A DNA stretch of 64,000 nt, taken from positions 5,766,001-5,830,000 of the forward strand of contig OX337229.1 of the NCBI GenBank assembly GCA_946965045.2. Direction: 5' to 3'. This document shows positions 21,437 through 33,604 of the stretch, piece by piece. Each line of letters opens with the position of its first letter. The stretch's first letter is position 1. The notes under the pieces are model-generated. The model saw nothing but the letters and a program-made list of their open reading frames with translations, was not told the DNA's origin and made no database searches. Made by a program: the position numbers and the translations under genes. Source of the DNA: Epithemia pelagica (Eukaryota > Protista > Bacillariophyta).

Positions 21437-24400
21437 CTATTCGTCACTAGATTTCTGGTCCGACGCCAAGCCTCCAATTTCATGAGAATTGTCATCCTCG
21501 TTTTGTGTTACGGTAGCACTCAAAGATCTTGCATTTGTGCTAAAAAACCAACCAATCGTATGATTTCCCACATTCTTGTCTTTCGGTGGTATGGAGTGTG
21601 TATGGACAGATGTTCCATGTCTGATGATTCTCCCGTCCCATGCGATCGCAATGCCATGGAATAACCGGATACAAAGCCCATGATAAGTCTTGTCCTTATG
21701 CTTTATAAGGACATTGGGAAGGACGAAATACCAATTGTTGGTGCTGCCCGGGTTGGTTTCTGTCCAGATTGTAAAGGACACTGATGCATCATGAATATCA
21801 TAGTGGCTTGCATTCATCAAATCGCAACTCAAAATGATGGATGATGACACACCCCTTTCGTTTCCTCCCAATTCGTTTGGGACATCCAAACCGAAGTTTG
21901 TTTCCAGGTGTCTGAAAGCCGATAACACACCAGGGAATTTCCTCTCACAGAATCGCCGAACACCTCCACAGATTTTTGGCAATATATTCATCATGTTTGG
22001 AGATATTTTGAAAAGTTTGTCAGAAAAGAATGTACTTCTGCCACCCGTTTTTGTGCACACACCAACAGATGTCATGGTCCCCATATCACCATGGTTACAC
22101 CTTGCATTGGCTGATCTCTCTAGTGTACCGCTCTGCGCGAAGTGACATGACCTCTTGTGTAACAATGAAAGTAGGTTTTTGTCATTTTGCTGAAGTGTTG
22201 TCACTTTGACATGGCTGATGGTTTCGTTTTTACCCGCGTACCCACGTGTCCGAACAATGAATGTTGTATCTTCTCCGGTATCCCTTACATCAAACAGGAG
22301 CGGACGGACCGAAGTATCAGGCGGAGGGGACAGGTTTCTATACAATGCTCCATGGACGTACTTTCGGCATCCAGTCTTGTTAGCACTGGCTTTATTCAGC
22401 AGTGTTTCACGATACCACACTCTAAGAGAATGTTGGTCATTTGGTGTCATTTTTGGTCTGGACTTTTCACTTGTGTAATGATCAGGGGCCCAAAGTGGAG
22501 AACCACTTTCAACATCAGACGCTTGGTAGCATTCATGGACAACTCTCTTTGCACTTTGTGTCCAATCAATACACCAACACTTGATAACCTTTTTGAGGAA
22601 TGCCCCACCACTTGGTTGGCCGTCGGAATGTCGTAAGCGCAGCCAGGATATAGGTAGTGCTACCAAAGATGAAGTGCATTCCGATGTTGCATACCCAGTA
22701 TTCATTATCATTGCCGAAGTATAAAAAATACCGGCCAAAGGGATGATAACGATCACGTCATGGAAAATATGGTCCATACAATCATCACAGTTTTTCTTGG
22801 ATGTGCGACAATGGAAGATTGTATCGTCAAACGCAGACCACACGGTTTTGGGGTATTTCCGATGTCCCTTATGTCGTTGACAGCGATTCAGTACACATTC
22901 TACCAAGAAGGCACATGGAGACCGGGTTGTTAAGAACTTCGGGTCACATTCTGTCACATGAAGCTTGTTGTCTTCGAAACAACAATGGCTTGCTGGATCT
23001 TCCGTCACCTCACCAACCATGTCTTTCATTTGTTCGTATATGTTAGGTAATTTTCCCATGATTGTCTGGAGGTCTGTTGGTGTGATGTCGTAGTCTTTCA
23101 GAACCTTTGTATAGCAGATGCCGAACATTCTCCGATCATCATTGCTACTGAGACAGAGTGATAGTAAGTCGCGTAGTCTTTTTGCTACCTTGTCCATGTC
23201 AGGAATTCCAAAAAAACACATTTCTGTATGATCGGATTCATTTGGTTTGGAGAATTTTGTCGTCAAATGGCTAGGTTTCTCAGCCTGTCGTCTCTTATAC
23301 TTCTTCATCGTTTCATGTGTTAGTGTCAACTTCGATAGGCCCTCTTGTCGTCGTTGCTTGTTCGTGGGTAGTCCCCTGGATGAACCAATGGTCTTACATT
23401 CTTTTCTTTTCCTTTCCGGTGAAGTATTCTGTTCGTCAGTATCGTCATGATTACCGTGTATTGGAGATTTGTGAATCTCCTTCGTACCTCGTTCGTCTTG
23501 TATGCGCTGATCCGTTTGTTTTGTCGTGTTGATGCTACTTCCCTTGTTATGGTCGTTTTTTGTCATTTGGTCATCGTTGTTCTTGTTGCTACCTTTTTGT
23601 TTGTCTGTACTATCCTTTCCTTCTTTGGTTTGTGTCGCATCATCTTGGTTGACACTGTCATTGTGACAGCTAGACGGATTATCACTGTCAGGTGTGTTGT
23701 TGGCATTCTTAGACCCGTTCTCTCCAGAATTTCCGTGTTGTTCGTAAGCAACAATCTCTTGCTTGCCACATTCCTTGCCCTTTTGTTTGTCTGTAGAACC
23801 GTTGCCATCTCTGCTTTGTATCTCTTCTCCTTGTCCACATTCATCTTGGTGACTGGAGGTTGCTTTCTGACCGCTCTGTCTGTTCCGATCATCCCTCTCC
23901 TGATTGTCCTTGGAATTCCAACCAAGTTTGGATAGGCCATCCTGCCCTCCACGACTCGCTGTAGTGTGATGAATGTCCTTTTCTCTCTCTCTACGAGGTG
24001 ATTGATTTGGTTGACTATTACCTCTATCAGTTGAGGGACGGTTAGGCTCTCTCTGACGGGTACGCCTAGAATGATCGTTGTGTCCAGGATGACTGTCTCT
24101 AAGTGACAAATGGTGCCTGGAATGTTCGTTGTATCCAGGGAATCTCTCCCAATCCATCGGATCCATCGGATGTCGATTAGACCATTGATTGTGGCTATCT
24201 CTATATACCAAATGGTGCCTTGTATGTTCTCTCGAATGTTCGTTGTATCCAGAGAATCTCCTCCAATCCATCGAATGTCGATTAGACAATTGATTTTGAT
24301 TATCATGTCTTCTTTTTCTATCCCGGTAAGTGTTTTCCATGATTTGATCTCTTCTCCCTCTAGACTCGTCTTGGTGGTTATCATGGTATCCATGTTGGTC

Positions 24401-27400
24401 TTGTCGTTCAATGACTCCTCTTCTAGTTTGTTGGTTATCTTGATCGAAATGTGAATGACGAGACACATGATAATCCGATGTATTAGATCCTCTCGATCCT
24501 GGATGATCATCATTGAATCGATTCTGTCCATGCTTACAAAACACTGGCCTGTCATGTTCAGGTAGCGAACCCCACTCATTTGTTCTGGGGCTTCGAGTTG
24601 TCGACAGGACGTTGTTCAGATTCCGTCCTCCCCACAGCCCATGTGGATTCTCTCTCTTGTCCTTGGTTCTTTCGTTATCATGTTGGGTTTGCTCTGTTCT
24701 ATGTCTTTCTTCGGGCAGCTCACTCCGGTTACCCCAATTCGCAGGCATTGCAACGGAACGTGATGAGTTATTTCCTCCCCATTGCTGGTATTTAGGCTTC
24801 TCACCCTCTGGTGACTGATAGATTGCTTTGTGTTCAGAAGGATGAGTATATGTTCTTTGAACAGAACGTGTCATAGGACAGAAGTACAATAGACTTTGAA
24901 TATCCTGGCTGCACACCATACATGTGTTGTGGCCCCGCTGCATCCAATCTCCAACACATTCCCGACAAAATGTATGTCTACAAAGAAACAGTTCGCAATC
25001 CACTTTTCTGGTCATACAAATCGAACAAACCTCGGGCTTGTATTTTGTCTCAACTCCTCTTTGTTCTAGTGTTGATGGCTTGTTACTCACGGGTGATTTT
25101 TTTGATGATTCTTCAGGGCGTCCCTCAATCATAGTTGTAGTGTCTTTGACTGTTTTCCTATGTCCCTCTTCAGGGAATCCCTCGCTCGTAGTTGTAGTGT
25201 CTTCCGCTGTTTTCTTGTGTCCCTCTATCTTCTCCGCACCAAACATGTGGATGTTACTCTTGATCTTTTGTCCACACTGGGGACACCATACATTATGATA
25301 CTTGAACCGTATTCGTAAGCAATTTCCGTGAACCAGATGTCCACATGGGATGAGGGTACAGACTTCGCTGTCTGTATCTGTTTTCAATGCCCTGTTACAG
25401 CATACACAAGAATCTGGACAATATACAACGGTCGGTAGCAATCGATTTATATCTCTCTTGGAAAGTTTGGAGTCAAGTAACACCTCCTTGGGTTCTAATC
25501 CCACCCTCGGGCACGGTATGAACAATATGTCACCATCCGTAGTCCACGTCTCTGAACACCCACCATCAGATAGATCGACGTTCTCCTGGTATTCGTATTT
25601 ATCGGTACCACGTGAAAACCCCACTTCAACAGGATCGTCGTCGCTGTTGCCATTGAAATTGTCAGGTCCCAACACCAAAGGAGAAATCGAATTGCCTTCA
25701 ACAGCATGCTCTAGTCCTCTCGAAAATTCATTATTGTACCGTATTTGATTACTCGAAAAACAATTGGATATCGTCATACTCTTGTCTATCTGACCTTCTT
25801 TCCGACCCGGGTTTGGTCGACTACTCATTATGTTTCCAAGCATTCTGATCACAATAGCTTGTGGCATTGGCTTTGGAGTATCCTTCTTAGGTTCTGGCAT
25901 TTTCACAATGCGATATCGCCACTTGTTATATTCCTTGTTTGTATCATGTGTTGTTTCATCTTCTTCCACTAATGATGGGTCATAACATAGACTGACAGGC
26001 GGGGCACCTTTTGACGTATTGACCAGGTCCCATTTCCGTAGTACATGACGCGTCGTTCCTTCCCAGTATTGGTCTGATCGATTATGTATTGGTTCGTAGA
26101 TATGAAGTATCTTTTTGTCGATTTCGAAAGCCAATAAAGCTGGGTCGCTGACATCAGTTGCTGTTGTCAAGGCAATGATCGCCAATATCAGTGTGTTCGG
26201 ATCCTGTTGTCTCCACGATGACATAGGAATTTTCTTAGGAAATGGGTTCCTGTTTGCTTCATCAAATGTTACTTTGTCAACATATACTAGGTTCTGATGG
26301 TTGTGATGGACCATCAATTTCAAACAAGTATAGAAAGACTCAATCGGCATGCCCACCCTTGAAGTGTTGTAGCAAAGATCTCTCCGACGATGTCTATGTG
26401 GGATATGCAAAACACGCGTTGTAGGGTCCTGGTCATTCATCAACCCACTGTAAGACATGCATAGTGTGCACCTAAATAATGTCTTGATTTCGACATGCGT
26501 GTTGTCCTTCCCCATACTCTTAGCATACTGGGTTGCTAGCTTCATGGCCGACTTGATGTTCTCGTTGTTTCTGTTAGTTTGTTTTTCCGCGAACTTGTCC
26601 AAGTAACCGTCACCAATGTTGTCGATTAATTCATTCGAGTCCCATGAGTCTTTTCTTCTCTTCTGGTTTACTATAGGATCAAGAACGTGTGGAATTTCAA
26701 TGAAAGGCTGTGGTACCACACCATCACCTGTCTCCTCAATTCCCTTGTTTATGGAAGCACAACGTCTCTAAGACAAAGAGATCAATCATTTTTGAGATTG
26801 TCTAATCCTTCTCGATTCTTGGCAAGTCGCTCGAACATCTTACCTCGTTGTCTGCGGTTTTTTCATTGTCGTCGCTTATAATCTTCCTGACCTCTTCCAC
26901 ACGGTCTGATTTGAGGGCAACTTGGTTCGACGTTGTAATGGAAGTTGGTAGTACTTGATCCTTTTTCTCGTCAGTAGGATCATTACCAGCGACGACCTTC
27001 TGTCTCTTTTTTGCCGGCGAGTCTATACTCCGACGTTGCACGGCAATTTCTTTCGATTTCCTGGCAGACAGTACCTCTTGTTTTTCTATATAATGCAGTA
27101 GATCGTAGAACATACCGCCATCGTCTCCGTTTCTTCCATATTGTACCAAAGGATCTCTTTCTTCAAGGTACATCTTGAACCATGTGTCAGGCATCGTATA
27201 CAACAGTGCTTTCTCCATTTGGATATTGGAAATCACGTCCATGTTCTCGTCCGATGTCGATTCTGAGATGAAACGGTGTATGGCCACCATATGTTCGATA
27301 ACCCATGCGATTTTACCAACAGGTACGAGACGCGGTTTCCTGTAAAGGGAGGAATCATCTAGAAGGTATCGTTTCAATGCTTCTCCAATCCCACCGATCC

Positions 27401-27968
27401 CCTTGCGTGTCTTCTTAGAGACTAAGCCATGAGAGGAAAGAAATCTGATAATGGTTTGTCTCAGATTCTCAGCACCGTCTATCACTGTCGTCCCAAATGC
27501 CTGATTCCAAATATTGGAAACAGGACTGTAGAGAGTCTTTTTGAACAACAGTCGAGCAACCATTGGAGTCAACTTGTCATCATCATCCATCTCGTTCTTA
27601 ATTCTTGTGAAACAGAAAACGGAGTGACAGATGATATCTTGGAATGCAGGCGAATAACAGATTGGTAGGAATATCTTCACATAATGGCCGTCATGTGGTA
27701 CCTCCACTGTTGTCCATTTTCCTGATTTGTCTTGGAATACACTTTCATACCAATTGAGGACACTTTCGTATGTAATGGGCATAATACCGGTGTAGTGAGA
27801 TTCCTCGCTTGTGTGTGTTCGAAGTGTATGATTGGTACCAGAAACAGTCATAGTCGACACGTCCTTTCTTTTGTTTCGCACTTCATCATTCATTGAAGAA
27901 GGGTCACCAGGATTCTTGGCGGTCGGTGGTTTTTTGTAGCGAGGGCCCTTGATGCGGTTGCCCGCCAT
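21437..27968 (-). CDS. Spliced multidomain protein (~2151 aa): unknown N-terminus, possible inactive Ulp1-like region, RING-H2, RING-HC, low-complexity region, C-terminal TET/JBP-like 2OG-Fe(II) dioxygenase
   Basis: Exon 27968-26844, phase-0 76-bp intron GTAAGA...TCTTAG (26843-26768), exon 26767-21437. RINGs at 25274-25408 and 24911-25027. NASHYDIHD (HxD at 21797-21805) and RHGTS (His at 21617-21619), preceded by GDMGTMxxxG. Confidence 0.72.
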
Positions 27969-27985
27969 TTTGTACTTGTCACGAT

Positions 27986-29282
27986 GCGCTTTTTGTGTAG
28001 CGTCTTTGTTTCAACAACAACAACAACAAGGGTAGTCGAGGAAGCGCTTTAATTGTAGCGTCTTTGAGACAACCTTGTGTACTTGTCTAAACAGTAAAAA
28101 GTGTGCGCTGAATTGTGTAGCGTCTTTGGTTTGGTCCTGAACTCTGGTGGTAACAAAACAACAACCAAATCGAAGGAATACACTACGACGCGCTTTATGT
28201 GTAGCGTCTTGTTCGTTGTGATCCAAACAATCGGTGCCAGAATTTGCTACTCCAAAACCAGGGGTTGGTTGGTTGTCCAAGCAATCTCGCGACAAGAATA
28301 GAACAGAAGCAACTGGCTACCACCGTGTCACACTGCTTGCTTTGGGTCTGTTCTATTCAAGTCCGAGTATCACGAGGACAGGAGGGTTCTTGATAAACAA
28401 TCTAACAGATAGCCCGAAACCGCTTCAATTGTAATAGCGTGATTGGAGTGAAGGACAGAGCTGAGTGAAACAAGCAACAATCAGACAGATGCCCCAAGCC
28501 GCTTTAATTGTAGCGTGGTGATTGGAATGGCAGAGCTGCAAGATAGTGCAAGTGTCAAAGATAGGACAAATGTCGACAATATTTCGAATGCTCTGGTGGT
28601 CGTTCTTCTTCTTGGGTTCCTCTTCTTCTTGTTTTCCTGTTGTAGCGGTTTTGGAGTGAAGGTCGTGGTTGAAAGGAAGCAAGCAACAATCAGACAGATG
28701 CCCCAAGCCGCTTTAATTGTAGCGTGATTGGAATGGCAGAGCTGCAAGATAGTGCAAGTGTCAATGTCTCGAATGCTCTGGCCGTGCTTGAGTTCCTCTT
28801 CCTCTTCTTCTGGTGCAGCGGTTTTGGAGTGAAGTGTTGTAGCGGTTTTGGAGTGAAGGTCGTGGTTGAAAGGAAGCAAGCAACAATCAGACAGATGCCC
28901 CAAGCCGCTTTAATTGTAGCGTGATTGGAATGGCAGAGCTGCAAGATAGTGCAAGTGTCAATGTCTCGAATGCTCTGGCCGTGCTTGAGTTCCTCTTCCT
29001 CTTCTTCTGGTGCAGCGGTTTTGGAGTGAAGGTGGCTGAAGAGGAAGCAAGCAACAAAAAGGTGGCTGAAAAGGAACCAAGCAACAATCAGACAGATGCC
29101 CCAAGCCGCTTTAATTGTAGCGTGATTGGAATGGCAGAGCTGTTAGGTTGATGAAAGAAGTTGGATAGGTGAAAGGATTGAAAAGGGAATCTCGGCAGAG
29201 AGAAAGCAAGCAACAAAAAGGTGGCTGAAAAGGAACCAAGAAACAATCAGACAGATGCCCCAAGCCGCTTTAATTGTAGCGT
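27986..29282. repeat. Array of 10 CGCT-N8-11-AGCGT mini-palindromes; the last five sit in a longer degenerate tandem unit
   Basis: Copies start near 27986, 28044, 28105, 28190, 28421, 28500, 28709, 28906, 29107 and 29266. The unit caatcagacagatgccccaagccgctttaattgtagcgtg occurs five times. Confidence 0.9.
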
Positions 29283-29998
29283 GATTGGAATGGCAGAGCT
29301 GTTAGGTTGATGAAAGAAGCTGGATAGATAATGGGATTGAACAGGGGAATCTCGATAGCGTTGGGTGATCGATTGTTGTTGTTGCTGCTGCTGTTGTTGT
29401 TGTTTGTTGTGGTGTGTTGGGTGGAGGTGGAGGGAGATGAATGAGCATCGATTCTGGTGGTCGTTGATTGTTGAATGACTAGTATGCTAAGTTGTTCGGT
29501 TTTGTTCGATGGATCAGAGTGTCGAGTTGGTAATCCCCGCGGTTTGGGTGATTGGGAAGGAGGATCCATCTGAGACATTCTTTGGGACATCCATGTGCGT
29601 CAGTCTTTCTGGCAGCTGCTGTGTGATGTGGTGGGAGTGGAAATTCGTGATTCAAAGGTGAGGGGACAGACGCTTGCGCATGAGGGTTGCGTCATGCGCG
29701 TCTCGGGGGGGTCGAGCGCGCCAGATAGTTGTAGTGCGCATTATCGGAGTGTGGCGCGCGTTATTCGTGGTTTGATCGCGGGCTTGTGCGCATTAAAATT
29801 GTGGCATGCGCGTGATAGTCAGCTCGATCTCTAGAACTAGCTAGAGAAATGTGCATTGTTAGACCTAGATTTGCAGATTTAGTTGGGAAAGCAGGATTAT
29901 AGTTAAAAACTGCGCATATAAAAATAAACTGCGCATAAAAAATTTTAATTCGGCGAATTTTTTCTAGAAATTCGCTTTTGGGGGTGGAAATCAAGCGC

Positions 29999-31715
29999 CG
30001 GGGCCCATTTCCCTCCTTAGATGGAATGATTCCCCAATTATTCCATTCGGCAAACCTCGTCCACTTGGTTCCCCATCCCCTACGATTTCCTCTGACCTTT
30101 CAGGGAAATCGCTACAGAGAAACCTATCACGCCTCCAAAACGAACTAATTGCTGGTGAAGAAATGCTAGGTGAGTCTAATTCTTCCGATCCTCTATCTAC
30201 TCCCGAGAACCCTAGTTCTCCTCCCGTTGACTTTCGGGAATCTCTTCCAAACGACCCAGCGATAATCTTTGTCAACAAGATCCCACGGCCACCCAAGAAT
30301 CCACCCAAACACCTCCATTCCATTACCACCATCAAGTCCATTTGTTCGTCCATTGTACCCACGCCGTCACCATCCCCATTCCGACATGAGACGTCCGAAT
30401 CAGCTGCCGAATTCAACTCCAACTTAATCGCAAGCTTTGATCACAATCTCCAACGCCTTTTCAACGCATACCCAGGGACTACGATTAGTCCTGGCTCCAA
30501 ATTTCGTCCATTGAGTTCTATTGCCCCACTGTTACGTCACCATCCGTTCTGGGACACGATTCAAGATACTCTCCGCAACGGTGCACATTACGAATTCAAG
30601 GAACTCCCACCTGACGAAGACAGACAACGAGAGAATGACGCTATCCTCGCATATGGGAACCACGCGTCCGCGCGATTACGACCCGATGCCTTAGTGAAAG
30701 TGTGCAAAAAGGACACTCGATTTGGATATGCCTTCCCCATCACTTTCGATTGCGCGCGGTTGTTGGATCAAGGCCGTGCAGGCCCCTTGGGAGTCGCACA
30801 GCATCCTGGTATCGATGAACATGGGAACATTATCGTCAAAGACCGTCTTGCCCACGATCAATCCTTTTCGCTAGGCTTCGCCCCGTCTTTGAATGACCTT
30901 GTTGACGAATCAGGCCTCATTGATTTGGTGTTTGGTTGGTGCATCGATCGCATCATTCACCAGATTGTTGCGTTGCGCATTAAATACCCCGACAAGCGGA
31001 TTCTGGTTTGCAAGTTTGACTGGGGGTCGGCCTATCGTCGCATCAATGGTGACGGTATCCTTACATCCAACACCATCACAACGGACGCAAGTGGTGATTT
31101 TGCGAACCTTCTGACGAGGCTCTCATTTGGGGGCCGCCCCCACCCAGCGATGTTCAGCGCCTTCTCCGAGGCTGCGTGTGACTTATGTAACGACATCGCC
31201 GATGTTGATGAATGGACTCCCGAAGTTTGTCGTTCTCCACTGCAAGACTTGATGGGGGAGATTCAGAGGATTGACGACTCGGTCCCTTTTGCCCCCGGCC
31301 TCCCGCTAGCGGTCGACGTTGACGCCCGCCCACAAGGATACCATGATGTGTATATTGACAATATGGTACAGCTGTTCTTAGACTGCCAAGAACACCTCCG
31401 TCGGGCACCCGGCATAGTCCCACTGGTTCTCCACATGCTCGTCCGCCCTTCTGCACCAGACGAACCAATTGACAGGAACGACATCCTCGCCGCGGATAAG
31501 ATGAAGGCGGAAGGAGCCCCATCGGAGGAAATGCGTGTCCTTGGTTGGCTGATCGATACGAGGAGATTGTTGATTCGGCTTCCCTTCGATAAATACACAT
31601 GTTGGTCTCGCGAAGTTCGCGAATGGCTCGAGCCCAAGCGAACATATATCACGTTCCGCGACCTGGAGAGTCTCCTGGGGAAGATGGTTCATGGTTGCAA
31701 ATGTATACCCCTTGC
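29999..31715 (+). pseudogene. YR (DIRS/Ngaro-like) reverse transcriptase, right part; truncated and catalytically mutated
   Basis: RT motifs KDRLAHDQSF, KFDWGSAYRRI, LSFGG, VYIDNM (YxDD changed to YIDN), LGWLIDT. The sequence breaks off at 31715 into host duplicate DNA. No RNase H core or recombinase follows. Confidence 0.8.
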
Positions 31716-33085
31716 CCTTGGGAGGACGGCTCTTGTCGTCGTCCTCTTCCTCGACCCGCAGCAGCTGTCCGGCCACGACCCTGCGAGGATCGTGTTGCCG
31801 TTCCAGTCGGTTGGCCCTGTCCTCGTCTGCGAGAGAGTGAGGAGGATGGTCTCGCAGGGTCCGTAGTAGCAGCGGGCAGTGGAGCCAGTTCGACACTGTC
31901 ATCGTCCTCATTGTGTCTCGGCAAGAGGGGTGGCAGCGAATCCTCACTATCATCCTCATCACTGTCCGGATTGTCATTGTTGTCGTTCGACTGTCTCGAA
32001 ACGAGGGGTGGAAGAGAATTGTCGCTCTCCTCCTCATCCTCATTATCATGATTCGTATCATTGGTACGATTGTTTTGGAACCGGGAATCCATCAAATCAG
32101 GGAGATTGTCGGAATCATCATCCTCACTCCAACGGTTGGCCTCTTGCTGATTCCGCCGCAATCCAGTGCTCCTTGTTGGTTGACTTCGAAAAAACGGATT
32201 CTGCGGGGAATTGGGTTCCAGTAGCCCCGCATCCCAGTCGTCGGCCAAAGGTTCATAGTCGTCGTCGTCGTCGTCATCATCATCATCCATGTCATCAATA
32301 AATTCATTTTGGTGGTAATCATTTCTCAATGTGGTTCCTTGATTTGTTTGTATGGTTCGTCTGGTGTGACGTTGAGGAGGTGGTCGCATCATTCGCAAAT
32401 GTGGTGGTGGTGCGGCTGTTGTAGTGGTTGTGGTTCGTTGTTCTCCCGTCGACTCGTCGTCGTTGTCGTTGTCGTCCTGGTTGTTGTCCCAAGGGGATTC
32501 TTGTGGACGTTGAGTTGATGTTGTGCTTGGTGGTGGCGGTTCTTCCTCCACAAAAATTTCGGAACCAACTTCCAGGAGTCCGCCCAAGCGTTGAAAATCG
32601 TCTTGACAGAGCACATGACCACAGGGCAAGACGAGGACGGGTTGTTTTGTGGGAACTTGACGACACACGGGACACGTCCAGGCCGGTGGATGATTGTTGT
32701 TGTTGTTACTGTGATTGCTGGGTTGTCCACCCAAATACATGGCCCGTGCGCCATGGGAACACTGGAATCGACTGCCATGCGATGGCTGGACCTTGTTGTT
32801 GTTGTTGTTGTTGATGGTGGTTTGGTTGTTGTTGTTGTGGTTGTTGTTGTCGTTGTCTGGTTCGTATCCTTGTGGCCCATGAATCCACTGACATACGGGG
32901 CAGGTCATTCCACCATCGCCATTATCATCAACATTATCGGGCCCGGGTGATGATTTGGCTCGAGGAGGAGGCCTCGTGATTGTGGTTGTGGCTGGAAGAC
33001 AAGACGACGACGACAAGGACATGATGGTTTGGAGAGTGCGTGCACTTGCTGAAGTATCTCGAACCAAAGAGCTTCTGGATGGCAA
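31649..33085 (-). pseudogene. 3'-truncated duplicate of the RING-like gene, reading into antisense RT
   Basis: Matches the first ~460 aa of 1112-5428 up to RRQEPSSQG, then has a novel tail QGVYICNHEPSSPGDSPGRGT. Confidence 0.8.
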
Positions 33086-33604
33086 TGGTGGTGGTGTAAT
33101 CTATCGTCGAGTCTGTGTGTTGTGGTAGCTGTTAGCTGTTAGGTAGATCCAGGGACACTTACACACCTGTCCACCACAGAGACGACGAGAAGAACCAACA
33201 AGACGAAAAGAGAACACCACCACCACGCCAATGAATGACAACGAGACCGAGAGAGAGAGAAAGAGTAAGAGGGAGATGTATCGTTTTGTTGGAAGCACAC
33301 AGCCTCAAGCATTGAGGCGCATCGGGGTCGTAAAAAAAATTCGAGGCAAAAATCAAGATTCGAGTTTCGAGGTTGGTCTAATAGGTTATGAATAGGTTAT
33401 GTGTACCCTCGAATCTTGACCTCGACTTTTGACCGAGGCGCACTTTTGAAAATTTTTGGGCCAAAGTGCGCTCCGACCAAAAATCGAGGTCAAGATTCGA
33501 GGTTGCTCCTCGTCCGAGGTTTCCTCAAAACTCCAAACATCATCCCTATCTCTTCTTGTTGTTGTCTTTGTTAAAATCAACACGAGAATCAAGAATCAAC
33601 CACA

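Larger units (their letters stand above)
11599..29998. mobile_element. Giant (~18.4 kb) Plavaka-type DNA transposon with cargo genes
   Basis: Interrupts the YR pol ORF and is flanked by cgg at 11596-11598 and 29999-30001. Encodes a Plavaka-like transposase. Both ends have repeat-rich subterminal regions. Exact ends are uncertain by about 3 bp. Confidence 0.75.

Noticed and set aside
28468-29300. Repeat-spacer-like pattern resembling a CRISPR array
   Set aside because: The spacers are themselves repeated sub-blocks of variable length, there are no cas genes, and the context is eukaryotic; treated as a TE subterminal repeat.
28011-29590. Short ORFs such as MGHLSDCCLLP... in the repeat array
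   Set aside because: By-products of the tandem repeat with no coding signature.
31560-31866. RNase H or tyrosine recombinase domain following RT
   Set aside because: The ORF tail after 31715 is antisense RING-gene sequence; these domains are not present in the window, so the DIRS/Ngaro call rests on gag and RT motifs only.
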